This document shows positions 1 to 8,186 of a DNA stretch of 35,815 bases, piece by piece. The number at the start of each line of letters is the position of its first letter. Positions within the stretch are counted from its first letter, which is position 1. Source of the DNA: a virus; IMG/VR virus record IMGVR_UViG_3300019487_000023, positions 72,850-108,664 of that record. One strand, 5' to 3'. The notes under the pieces were generated by a model that saw only the letters and a program-made list of their open reading frames with translations, was not told the origin of the DNA and did not search any database. Made by a program: the position numbers and the translations under genes.

Positions 1-34
1 CCGTGTTTCTGATTAAATAGACGCCAGTTTTCAT
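1..34 (-). CDS. GIY-YIG homing endonuclease, 5' end only (runs off window start)
   Basis: Not in ORF track. Reverse strand from ATG at 34 reads MKTGVYLIRNT, matching the I-TevI-like N-terminal G(I/V)YxIxN motif. Preceded by TGATACAAT-N6-ATG. Confidence 0.65.
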   Translation of the reverse strand, partial: MKTGVYLIRNT

Positions 35-40
35 TTTTTG

Positions 41-49
41 ATTGTATCA
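41..49 (-). promoter_or_regulatory. Extended -10 promoter (TGaTACAAT), predicted leaderless transcript
   Basis: Last T of the hexamer is 7 nt before the A of ATG at 34 on the minus strand. Confidence 0.65.
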
Positions 50-86
50 CGCGTCTGACGCTAAGGAGAAATAATCTTAATTAGCA

Positions 87-95
87 TGATAATAT
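87..95 (+). promoter_or_regulatory. Extended -10 promoter (TGaTAATAT), predicted leaderless; divergent from the 41-49 promoter
   Basis: TG-n-TAnnnT followed by 6 nt, then ATG at 102. Confidence 0.5.
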
Positions 96-101
96 TGAGT
101 T

Positions 102-638
102 ATGGATAAGTTGGTCAAGGCACTCGCCGAAATGAAAGAAATTCTAGAGAAAGGACTTGCTCCAGCTACCCCAAGCAAGATCCCAGCTCTACCATCTATC
201 CAAACGCCTCCCGTCCCTTCAATGAAGGCTAAAGTCCCTAAGAAGATGCCTGGTATCAAGCCAGCTTCCACTAAGGACCCTAAGAAGGTTGCTCAGCAGA
301 TCAAAGAAGGCAATCCACAGCAAGCTAAAGTTCCAATGTTGAAATATGATATAATAAAAGACATGGATGAATTTTTGAAGTTTGATAAAAACGGTCAATG
401 GAGCTTAGAAAAGAGTGTTTTTAATGCCGGAACTCACCCACCTAAAGGTTATGTTCCTGGACAAAAGAAACTTAAAGATACTCATGCAGAGTATGATCCA
501 AAGTATTCTTTTAAAGATAATAGAGAACTAGTGAGAATGCATCATCAGGATCATAAAATACCTGTTAGAGATGAAGCTCATTTAGATTCACTTACAAGAG
601 CTGCCGCAAAACGTGGCGGACATACTATAAAAGAATAG
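102..638 (+). CDS. Hypothetical Pro/Lys-rich protein, probable head/internal virion protein; apparently chimeric
   Basis: 178 aa ORF with hydrophobic-x-K-[SAG] motifs (LVKA, LEKG, LEKS). Shifts to AT-rich codons at about 340, where an internal promoter and in-frame ATG occur. Confidence 0.65.
   Translation: MDKLVKALAEMKEILEKGLAPATPSKIPALPSIQTPPVPSMKAKVPKKMPGIKPASTKDPKKVAQQIKEGNPQQAKVPMLKYDIIKDMDEFLKFDKNGQWSLEKSVFNAGTHPPKGYVPGQKKLKDTHAEYDPKYSFKDNRELVRMHHQDHKIPVRDEAHLDSLTRAAAKRGGHTIKE
347..355 (+). promoter_or_regulatory. Internal extended -10 promoter (TGaTATAAT) before in-frame ATG at 363
   Basis: Perfect TGnTATAAT, 7 nt spacer, ATG in frame with ORF 102..638. Confidence 0.55.
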
Positions 639-665
639 TTCCGTGTCCATTAAAGGATACTTCAC

Positions 666-674
666 TGATACAAT
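666..674 (+). promoter_or_regulatory. Extended -10 promoter (TGaTACAAT), predicted leaderless
   Basis: 6 nt spacer, then ATG at 681; no Shine-Dalgarno between them. Confidence 0.65.
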
Positions 675-680
675 GTCTTT

Positions 681-1166
681 ATGAAGACATGTAGTCAATG
701 CTCTGAAGAGCAACAATTAGATCAATTCTATAAAGATAAAAAATCAGCCGATGGATTGCGCGCAAGTTGCAAAACTTGTGTTGCAGCACAGAAGCGTATT
801 TATTTTGAAAAACATAGAACTCGAGAACTTAATAAGTTAAAAAAGTGGAAACAACAGAACCCACAAAAAGTTAAAGAAGGTAATCTTCGTAATTTATATG
901 GGATTACAGCAGAACAATATTCTGAAATGTTGTTAGCACAAAATAATTGTTGTGCCATTTGTAAGTGCCATAAATCTAAAAACGTTACAGATAAACGTAA
1001 TGATAAAGTTAGAAATTTAGCGGTCGACCATGACCATAAATCTAAAAAGATTCGTGGCTTGTTGTGTTATCGTTGCAATATTGCAGTTGGAATGTTGGTT
1101 GATAGCGCCGAACGGGCTTCTAATTTAGTAGAATACCTTAAATTGCATGAAAAAGAAAACTTATAA
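681..1166 (+). CDS. Endonuclease VII-family (His-Me) homing-type endonuclease
   Basis: N-terminal CxxC..CxxC, then QNNCCAIC and LAVDHDH..IRGLLCYRCNIAVG, typical of the EndoVII domain. AT-rich. Confidence 0.88.
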   Translation: MKTCSQCSEEQQLDQFYKDKKSADGLRASCKTCVAAQKRIYFEKHRTRELNKLKKWKQQNPQKVKEGNLRNLYGITAEQYSEMLLAQNNCCAICKCHKSKNVTDKRNDKVRNLAVDHDHKSKKIRGLLCYRCNIAVGMLVDSAERASNLVEYLKLHEKENL

Positions 1167-1674
1167 TCAAAATGTTGTTATTAGAGGTGCTTTAAGACGA
1201 GCATTTGCCCGTAGTCCTGTGGTTCAAGAAGCTATGCAGGCAAGTCGTAAAGAAGAACCTCGCTATAACAAGGATGGGTCTCGTCATAAACGAAATTGGG
1301 TTAAACGTCAATGTCAAGTATGTGATCAATGGGTTCCAACGTCTAAAATTGCAGTCGACCATATTGATCCTGTTGTTTCGGTTGATGAAGGTTTCCAGGA
1401 TTGGAATATCTTTGTAGATCGTCTCTGGTGTGCCAAAGACAACTTACAACGTATTTGCGATGACTGTCATCAGAAGAAAACTAACGCAGAGCGATTTGCT
1501 AGATCGTATAAACAAGAACTAGAACACCTCGCAATCTATGAAGTCTCTAAAGATGAAGAGGCAAAGAAGTTCGTCAAGAAATTCGTCAAGAAGCGCATAC
1601 AGAAATACCCCTATCCTCAAGAGTTTGTGGATCGCATCGTCACTCTCAGACGCCATTTCAAGATGAAGGTATAA
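1147..1674 (+). CDS. HNH endonuclease
   Basis: CQVC..AVDHIDPVV..NLQRICDDCHQKKT zinc-binding HNH signature. Confidence 0.85.
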   Translation: MKKKTYNQNVVIRGALRRAFARSPVVQEAMQASRKEEPRYNKDGSRHKRNWVKRQCQVCDQWVPTSKIAVDHIDPVVSVDEGFQDWNIFVDRLWCAKDNLQRICDDCHQKKTNAERFARSYKQELEHLAIYEVSKDEEAKKFVKKFVKKRIQKYPYPQEFVDRIVTLRRHFKMKV

Positions 1675-1704
1675 ATAACGGCAAACGCCCTTTAAGGATA
1701 AATT

Positions 1705-2001
1705 ATGGCAAAGAATGATACTGTTCGTAAGGTTTTGAGTAAGTCTTTCGTGGACAATCACGAGAATGTTAACCAGGATGTGGCTGCAGACCTTATCGTT
1801 AAGGCTGAGCAAAAGATCCTAGCGATCAAGGAAGAGCGTGCCGCTGACGACAAGTTGGCTGCTGCTAAGCAGATTGTTAAGGACCTAAATGCTGCCTATA
1901 CCAGCACTATTAAGTACGAAGAGGCCAAGATTCAGTTCTTGCTTGAGAAGATCGCTGAGATCGAAAGCGGAGCAGTGAATCCAGGCTCAGGCGCTCATTA
2001 A
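1705..2001 (+). CDS. Hypothetical coiled-coil protein
   Basis: 98 aa ORF, AAGGA RBS, genome-typical codon usage. Confidence 0.75.
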   Translation: MAKNDTVRKVLSKSFVDNHENVNQDVAADLIVKAEQKILAIKEERAADDKLAAAKQIVKDLNAAYTSTIKYEEAKIQFLLEKIAEIESGAVNPGSGAH

Positions 2002-2010
2002 TGGTAAGAT
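2002..2010 (+). promoter_or_regulatory. Extended -10 promoter (TGgTAAGAT)
   Basis: Intergenic, upstream of the GGAGG RBS of ORF 2027. Confidence 0.45.
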
Positions 2011-2026
2011 TTAGGCTGGAGGTTTT

Positions 2027-2389
2027 ATGAGCTTAAAAACAGATTATTTTGATGGTGCAACAGGCCTTCAGGCTAAGTTAAACGATGCCTTTGATGAAGG
2101 CGCTACCTATGTTACTACGAACCTAACAGCCCTACAGTCTGCTCTATTGAGTGCAGCTGCTCAGGGAAGTACAAAGTTCACTGTAACGATTACCGGCACT
2201 GGTGCTTTGAACGCTGGATACCTAAGGGCCAACAACGGAGACAATCTTCTCCTTAAGGCTTTCTTTGCTGGTATCCAAGACGGGCTGGCTGCAGAAGAAA
2301 TTTACAACTACGAATGCTCTTTGAAACTTAATGTCTCTGACACAATCAACACAAACGTAGATTTCTTGTTCAACTTCCAAACCTCCTAA
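2027..2389 (+). CDS. Hypothetical protein
   Basis: 120 aa ORF with GGAGG RBS, followed by a terminator. Confidence 0.8.
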   Translation: MSLKTDYFDGATGLQAKLNDAFDEGATYVTTNLTALQSALLSAAAQGSTKFTVTITGTGALNAGYLRANNGDNLLLKAFFAGIQDGLAAEEIYNYECSLKLNVSDTINTNVDFLFNFQTS

Positions 2390-2412
2390 TTTGATGCGTT
2401 GTTATCTTTGAT

Positions 2413-2444
2413 AGGGCGCTGTAGCTTCGGTTACAGCGCCTTTT
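2413..2444 (+). terminator. Rho-independent terminator
   Basis: GGCGCTGTAGC-TTCG-GTTACAGCGCC stem with UUCG loop, followed by TTTT. Confidence 0.88.
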
Positions 2445-2449
2445 CATTT

Positions 2450-2456
2450 GTATAAT
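2450..2456 (+). promoter_or_regulatory. -10 promoter (gTATAAT) for polymerase, predicted leaderless
   Basis: TATAAT at 2451-2456, 6 nt, ATG at 2463; lies directly after the terminator. Confidence 0.65.
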
Positions 2457-2462
2457 ATCCGC

Positions 2463-4718
2463 ATGAATCGTTTTAAAGAACCAGCGCAACTTCATAATCA
2501 CTCTAAATATTCACTGTTAGATGCTGTTCCATCACCAGAAGAATGGGTTGGATGGTGTTTAGAGAACAATACACCAGCGCTAGCAGTCACTGACCATGGT
2601 ACCGCCATCTCAATGTTTGATGCGTTGCGTGCTAAAGAGTTTATCAAAGAATACAATAAAGAACATAAGACTAATCATCCGTTGGATGCTGTAACCCTTA
2701 TCCCTGCCGTAGAGCTCTACGTCAAGATGAATGCAGAGGACAAGAGTCATCACCACATTACAGCTTGGGCTGCAAGCAAAGAGGGGTATTTCAATTTAAT
2801 GAAGTTGGCCTCAGTTGCGTACAACGATACAGTTTCGTACTTCGGTTCCGTTAAGGCTCGTGTTACGTTCGAAGACATTAAACAGTACAAGAAGGGCATT
2901 AAGTTCGGTACCGGCTGCATTGCAGGACCAATTGGTCATGCCTTCTGGCATGGAGATCTTAAGCTTGCAGAAGAGCGCTTTGTCATGTATAAGGAACTCT
3001 TCGGTGACGATCTCTATGTTGAATTTCACTGCGGTGACGTCACCCATAACTTCAATAAGAAAACCGGCAGCTTCGATCCTATCGAACCAGATGAATGCTC
3101 TTGCGATGGTAACAAGCAAAAGGGCTACAACATCTTCTTGTCTAAGATGGTTGATAAGTATGGTGGCAAATGCGTTCCAGTAACAGATGCCCATTTTATC
3201 AATCCTGAGGACAAGATCGTCCAGGATTGTTTGCTCAAGAACGGTAATAGCAACGGCTGGTACTTTCATGAGTCGTACCATCAGATGCGATCTGAAGAGA
3301 TGTTTACGAAGCTTAAGAGGCACCTTGGGAATTGGCTCACTGAAGATATGTTCATTCAGTGGGTCGAAAACACTTTTGAGGTGATGAATGCGGCTAAAGG
3401 CATCGAAGTTAAGTTCGACTATCATCTACCGTTGATCGATATTCCACAGGACATTAAAGACTTGCATCTAGAGGACTATAACCAGCAGACGCTTCAGTAT
3501 ATGATGCGCCTCATTAAGGATCATGGTCGTTGGAATGACTCGCCAGAGTATGTAGCGCGATTCAAGCAAGAGCTTGATGTCATCATGGATAATGAGAAGC
3601 TAAACTTCATCCCGTACTTCCTAGTATATGAGGATATCGGTAGGTTTGCGCGTTCACAGGGCGTTCTTCAGGGCGTTGCTCGTGGATCTGCGGGCGGATC
3701 TCTCATCTCCTACTATCTAAAAATCATTCATGTTGATCCCATTGCTGCTCACCTTCCATTTGAGAGATTCTTGTCTCATGCACGTATTAGAGCGGGTTCT
3801 TTCCCTGATATCGATGCCGATATCGGTGATAAGGCGCGTTCTCTTATCATGGATTATCTAAAGAAGAAGTATGGTTTGGGCTTTGCACAGATTGCCACCT
3901 TCAATAAGATGAAGACTAAGAATGCCATTAAGGATGCGATGTTTGCGCTATATGGGCGCAATCGCAACGATCAAGAAGTGATGGCAGTATGTAAAGACAT
4001 CGAAGATAGCCCTCAAGGCGTTGACGAACATGACTTTTTGTATGGATACACAGACCAAGAAGGTAACTATAACGCCGGTCAGATTGAGATTAATAAGCAA
4101 TTAGCCAATTTTTTCCAAACGTATCCAGATGTGGAAGCAATGGTTAAAAAGCTTATTGGTACGATCCGTGGTCTATCTAGACATGCGTCTGCATTCGTTA
4201 TTTCAACCATGGATCTATCTGCATCTCGTGTTCCAACCATGATGATGACTGATGCTGATCTTGGTGAAATTCAAGTCACTCAGTACGATGCAAAGATGGT
4301 TGAAAAATGTGGTCTAGTTAAGGCTGATATCTTATGTATTAAAACCCTAACAGCTGTATCAGAGTGTATCGATTTGGTGAAGAGAAATGCCAACATTAAC
4401 TACTTGATTGAGCAAGAAGGTTTGTCTCTCATATACCGTCTTCCGGAGGACAAGGATGTATATGCGGACTTCTATAACAAGCAGACCGATTCGTCATTCC
4501 AGTTTAATACTGAATTGATTAAGGGATACATTCAAGAATTCTGCCCTCTACAGAGAGCCGATCTATCTGCCATGACAGCCTTGTGTCGACCTGGTGCATT
4601 AGACGCACCCTTAGGTTTTAATGCAGTGGTTGTAGTAGAATATGAAGATGGAACCTCAATTGAAGTTCCAAAAGAGGAGTATTCTATATGGGTCGAAAAG
4701 TGGAAAAAACAACAATAG
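2463..4718 (+). CDS. dnaE: DNA polymerase III alpha (family C), N-terminal part: PHP and palm/catalytic domains
   Basis: LHNHSKYSLLDA, TDHG, TDAH, ARGSAGGSL, FERFL, PDIDAD, SRHASA, GLVKADIL and LCRPG motifs. Start placed at ATG 2463 rather than TTG 2448. Confidence 0.93.
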   Translation: MNRFKEPAQLHNHSKYSLLDAVPSPEEWVGWCLENNTPALAVTDHGTAISMFDALRAKEFIKEYNKEHKTNHPLDAVTLIPAVELYVKMNAEDKSHHHITAWAASKEGYFNLMKLASVAYNDTVSYFGSVKARVTFEDIKQYKKGIKFGTGCIAGPIGHAFWHGDLKLAEERFVMYKELFGDDLYVEFHCGDVTHNFNKKTGSFDPIEPDECSCDGNKQKGYNIFLSKMVDKYGGKCVPVTDAHFINPEDKIVQDCLLKNGNSNGWYFHESYHQMRSEEMFTKLKRHLGNWLTEDMFIQWVENTFEVMNAAKGIEVKFDYHLPLIDIPQDIKDLHLEDYNQQTLQYMMRLIKDHGRWNDSPEYVARFKQELDVIMDNEKLNFIPYFLVYEDIGRFARSQGVLQGVARGSAGGSLISYYLKIIHVDPIAAHLPFERFLSHARIRAGSFPDIDADIGDKARSLIMDYLKKKYGLGFAQIATFNKMKTKNAIKDAMFALYGRNRNDQEVMAVCKDIEDSPQGVDEHDFLYGYTDQEGNYNAGQIEINKQLANFFQTYPDVEAMVKKLIGTIRGLSRHASAFVISTMDLSASRVPTMMMTDADLGEIQVTQYDAKMVEKCGLVKADILCIKTLTAVSECIDLVKRNANINYLIEQEGLSLIYRLPEDKDVYADFYNKQTDSSFQFNTELIKGYIQEFCPLQRADLSAMTALCRPGALDAPLGFNAVVVVEYEDGTSIEVPKEEYSIWVEKWKKQQ

Positions 4719-5286
4719 ATGCAGCTATTGATTATTTTGTAAAAAACAACGTGCGTTTTATTGATATATCAGAGAAATTTAAAATCAGTACCAGTACTAT
4801 TTCTCAACATTTAAAAAAAAGAGGCATTAAGGTTGATTCTCAAAGAACAAGGAGAGGTAGGTCTTCTTGGAATTCTGGGAAAAATAAGTATAGCGATACG
4901 CGAGTTGCAAAAAATGCGAAGTCTTTATCTGATGCAAAAACAAAAACAGGACTTCGTTCGGGTTATCAGACAATATATGTCGATGAGTTAAAAAAGCGAA
5001 TTAGATTACATGAGTATGTTTGGTTTAAAAATACCGGAGTATGGCCAGATGGTAAAAATAGAGAACAAGTTCATCATATAGACGGAGATAAACTTAACAA
5101 CGATTTTGATAATCTCTTGTTGGTAAAGACAGATGAGCACTCTAAAATCCACAAAGAGTACGAGATAGTGTTTTTGAAGTTATTAAAGCTAGGTTTGATT
5201 AAATTTGATAAAATTGCAAGAGGTGTAGATTGGCGGAGCTTCGAAGAGTTGATAAAAAAATTAAAAGTGTAACTATTAGACCTTTG
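4614..5286 (+). mobile_element. AT-rich HNH cassette inserted in dnaE
   Basis: Composition shift. Bounded by Pro-Leu codons on both sides (4608-4613 CCCTTA; 5281-5286 CCTTTG). Removing it restores a contiguous RPGALDAPL-YDTTAAQYY..GVFVYQEEVM sequence. Confidence 0.65.
4688..5272 (+). CDS. HNH homing endonuclease (N-terminal HTH, HNH_3-like core)
   Basis: LHEYVW..QVHHIDGDKLNNDFDNL..EHSKIH; GAGGAG RBS. Overlaps both dnaE halves. Confidence 0.9.
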   Translation: MGRKVEKTTIDAAIDYFVKNNVRFIDISEKFKISTSTISQHLKKRGIKVDSQRTRRGRSSWNSGKNKYSDTRVAKNAKSLSDAKTKTGLRSGYQTIYVDELKKRIRLHEYVWFKNTGVWPDGKNREQVHHIDGDKLNNDFDNLLLVKTDEHSKIHKEYEIVFLKLLKLGLIKFDKIARGVDWRSFEELIKKLKV

Positions 5287-6594
5287 TATGACACAACAGC
5301 TGCCCAGTATTACATGGATGTTCGAAATGCAAAGCGCTCTGTAGAGTATTTACACGATGATTTGGCGCTTATCCTGAAGGACAGCAATGGAGTTTTTGTC
5401 TATCAAGAGGAAGTAATGAAGTTCCTCGTGGATATTGTTGGATACACATGGGAGGAGTCTGATCGTATTCGTGATGCTATCGCTAAGAAGAAACACGAAG
5501 TCATTATGGCTACGTTCGATAAGATCAGGGTGTCTTGTGCTGCCCGAGGATGGGACCATGGCGCTATTGAGACCGTGTGTCAGCAGATTCAAGCATTCTC
5601 ACGTTACTCCTTTAACAAGAGTCACTCCCATGCCTATGGTGAACTAGGATACATCACGATGTATTTGAAACATCATCATAAGCTAGAGTGGTGGTGCAGT
5701 ATTTTGAACCTAAGTTTGGATGACTCAGAAGAGAAGACACGTAAGTATATTGCGCTTCTTGGAGATTTGGTTAAACCACCTTCGTTGAAGCACCCAACTT
5801 CTAAGTTCGAAATTCGTGAAGTTGATGGCGAAAGAGTCATCATTACACCAATCTCTGCTATTAAGGGATGTGGTCCTGCGGTTGTTAATGAACTCTGCAC
5901 AAAGGGTCCATTTGCTTCTATCGAAGATCTCATTGAGCGTATCGATCATCGTAAGGTCAATACTGGCTGCATCTCGTCCTTGATTAAGGGTAGAGCAGCA
6001 GATGACATGATGGATGCTGATGTGCCTGTCTATAGCGATAGGAGACTTAAGTTCATTGAGGACTTTAAGCGTATCAGAGCAAAAGAAGTTAAGTTGCAAC
6101 CAGATGTGTTTAACGTAGATCCTCTCTCTATCTTTATGCAAGAGAAGGAATACAACACGGCGTTCAACAAAGCACTTCTCTCATCTCTTGAGATTGTGGA
6201 TGTATTAAAATCAAAGTGGCCAGCGCTTTCAACAACGGGTCGCGCAGGTGCGCCTCTCTTGATGAAGGTTGATGGCAAGCAGATTCCAGTGCTTGCAAAT
6301 TTAAAGGTTGCTGAAGGCTTTTTGAAGAAAGGCTATAGTAGCGAGATTGGACTCATCTTGCTGTATGAAGAGTCTACTGCTAAGAAGGGTATCTCTAAGA
6401 GAAGCGGCAAACAGTGGTCTAACTTGACAGTCCACCTATCTGATGGCTTCCATCAAATTGAGTGTGTAGACTGGAAGAAGAGCGTCGCACTAAAGTGGCC
6501 AAAGAATACCATCGTTTACGTAAGAGGTATATTGGAAGAGGGTTGGAAAACACCAGTCTCTTTGAATATCAAGGAAATCGAAAGGATTGAATAA
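5230..6594 (+). CDS. dnaE: DNA polymerase III alpha, C-terminal part (fingers, HhH, OB-like)
   Basis: GVFVYQEEVM, IRDAIAKKK, FSRYSFNKSHSHAY and AIKGCG motifs. TTG start preceded by AAGAGGTG. Confidence 0.9.
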   Translation: MAELRRVDKKIKSVTIRPLYDTTAAQYYMDVRNAKRSVEYLHDDLALILKDSNGVFVYQEEVMKFLVDIVGYTWEESDRIRDAIAKKKHEVIMATFDKIRVSCAARGWDHGAIETVCQQIQAFSRYSFNKSHSHAYGELGYITMYLKHHHKLEWWCSILNLSLDDSEEKTRKYIALLGDLVKPPSLKHPTSKFEIREVDGERVIITPISAIKGCGPAVVNELCTKGPFASIEDLIERIDHRKVNTGCISSLIKGRAADDMMDADVPVYSDRRLKFIEDFKRIRAKEVKLQPDVFNVDPLSIFMQEKEYNTAFNKALLSSLEIVDVLKSKWPALSTTGRAGAPLLMKVDGKQIPVLANLKVAEGFLKKGYSSEIGLILLYEESTAKKGISKRSGKQWSNLTVHLSDGFHQIECVDWKKSVALKWPKNTIVYVRGILEEGWKTPVSLNIKEIERIE

Positions 6595-7112
6595 TGGCTA
6601 AATTTGTAGTCGTTGACGAAGCACCAGAGAAACTAGAGTCTGGTGAAGTAATTATTAATACTCCAGACTTTGTAGAGCAGATTCGCGAAAACGCAGCAAA
6701 AGCACCTCGCGGTGGCCTCACTGCCGTGAATCACCTGCGCTATATCGTTGGCTCTATCGGTCAGAAATATGATCCAGAGGGAACCAACGCGTGGAGCGTA
6801 CGTCCGACATTGTTTGAAGGTCGCGCTTATGCTAATGAAGCAGAACTAAGTGCAATCGTGGTTGAGATGCTTAAATCTCAACACCCAAAGATCTTCGACA
6901 AGTATCTTGACCACAAGATTAAGAATCGCCCACAAGGCACAAAGCTCATCTACTTTGTCGGTCCTCTATCTCAAACAACTGCATTCTTTCAACATGGCGT
7001 CGATATGCTTGATGCAAAGGATGTAGATGTTTACATGGGACGCAAACAGAAGAGAGTGGTTGGAAAACCAGCAGTTACAAAAGAAGAAGCAAACGAACTA
7101 AATAATGAATGA
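6594..7112 (+). CDS. Hypothetical protein
   Basis: 172 aa ORF, TAATG coupling to dnaE-C. Confidence 0.8.
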   Translation: MAKFVVVDEAPEKLESGEVIINTPDFVEQIRENAAKAPRGGLTAVNHLRYIVGSIGQKYDPEGTNAWSVRPTLFEGRAYANEAELSAIVVEMLKSQHPKIFDKYLDHKIKNRPQGTKLIYFVGPLSQTTAFFQHGVDMLDAKDVDVYMGRKQKRVVGKPAVTKEEANELNNE

Positions 7113-7115
7113 TCG

Positions 7116-7124
7116 TGGTATAAT
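7116..7124 (+). promoter_or_regulatory. Extended -10 promoter (TGgTATAAT) for SSB/recombination genes
   Basis: Perfect TGnTATAAT in an intergenic gap. Confidence 0.7.
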
Positions 7125-7174
7125 ATATTCAATGCCAACTGTGGCATTTAAACATAACCTATGAAGGAAATTCT

Positions 7175-8176
7175 ATGACCCCTACGAACTCTAAGATCAA
7201 GATCAATCTCGATTCTCTCAAATCCCGCCGTGAATGGAAGCGACACAAGGTAAAAGATGGACACAACATCTTTCGCATCCTACCTCCTTTCGGAGATGCT
7301 TCTAACGGATACCCATACAGAAAGTGGCAGATCATCTGGGGCCTTGTCGATCCCGACAGCGGCCGCGCGCGTCCTTTCGCCTCGTCTATGACGAGCGAGA
7401 AGCGTTGTCCTGTTACTGAGTATGTGGCTAAGCTCAAGAAGAAGGCCGATACTCTTAAGGCGCAACTCCAGGCTTCTGGAACCGCTGAAGAAGATATTCG
7501 TGACCAGCTCAAGGGCTTAAATGATCTCATCAGTAACCTTTCTCCAAAAACTGTTTATCTCTACAATGCTGCTGACAAAGCAGGTGAAGTCGGTATTCTT
7601 GAACTCAAGTCTACTGCTCACAAGGCAATGAAAACCGAGATGAACCAGTATGTTCAAGATTACAACCAAGATCCTACTTCTCTAACAAGCGCCGACGACG
7701 ACTCGGGTGTGTGGTTTGATATCACCCGTCAAGGTCTCGGTCGCGATACTGAGTATGACGTTAAGAAGTGCCAGATCAAGGTGAAGAAGGCAGGCGGAGG
7801 CATGGTCTTCGAAGATGACCGCTCTCCTCTTCCTGAAGCTGTCGTGGAAAATTACGATAGCTTGGCGTATGATTTGACTGCTGTTTATCAAGTCAAGACG
7901 TTCGATGAACTCCAAGAAATCTTGGATTTCAATCTCGCAGCTATCACTGATGCTGTACCAGAAGCCGCTCTCGACGGTTCTGCTCCAGCTCTCGTGAAAA
8001 CTGTTTCAAAGCCAGCTGTTTCCGCAGCTAAGGCTGGCAGCAAGCCAGTAACCACGAAATTCTCTGATTCGGATGACGAAGAAGGTGCTCCAGTTGCTAA
8101 TAAGTCTGCAGCAGCGGCTTCTACATCGATGGATGATGATTTCATGGCAGAAGCGGACGCAATTCTTAACGGCTAA
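7175..8176 (+). CDS. Single-stranded DNA-binding protein, T4 gp32-like
   Basis: NIFRILPP motif, CP motif, G.G.DTEY.V motif, acidic C-terminal tail (DDDFMAEADAILNG). Lies next to UvsY-like and RecA genes. Confidence 0.75.
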   Translation: MTPTNSKIKINLDSLKSRREWKRHKVKDGHNIFRILPPFGDASNGYPYRKWQIIWGLVDPDSGRARPFASSMTSEKRCPVTEYVAKLKKKADTLKAQLQASGTAEEDIRDQLKGLNDLISNLSPKTVYLYNAADKAGEVGILELKSTAHKAMKTEMNQYVQDYNQDPTSLTSADDDSGVWFDITRQGLGRDTEYDVKKCQIKVKKAGGGMVFEDDRSPLPEAVVENYDSLAYDLTAVYQVKTFDELQEILDFNLAAITDAVPEAALDGSAPALVKTVSKPAVSAAKAGSKPVTTKFSDSDDEEGAPVANKSAAAASTSMDDDFMAEADAILNG

Positions 8177-8186
8177 GGTGTAATCA

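Noticed and set aside
4614-5286. Group I intron in dnaE
   Set aside because: The insert is nearly all coding and no P7-like core or paired elements were recognised. A covariance-model search would settle this.
4614-5330. Split intein (VEYEDGTSI and KIKSV loosely resemble intein segments)
   Set aside because: There is no N-terminal Cys/Ser, no TxxH block and no HN-[CST] junction, and the tags are too short. At most a degenerate remnant.
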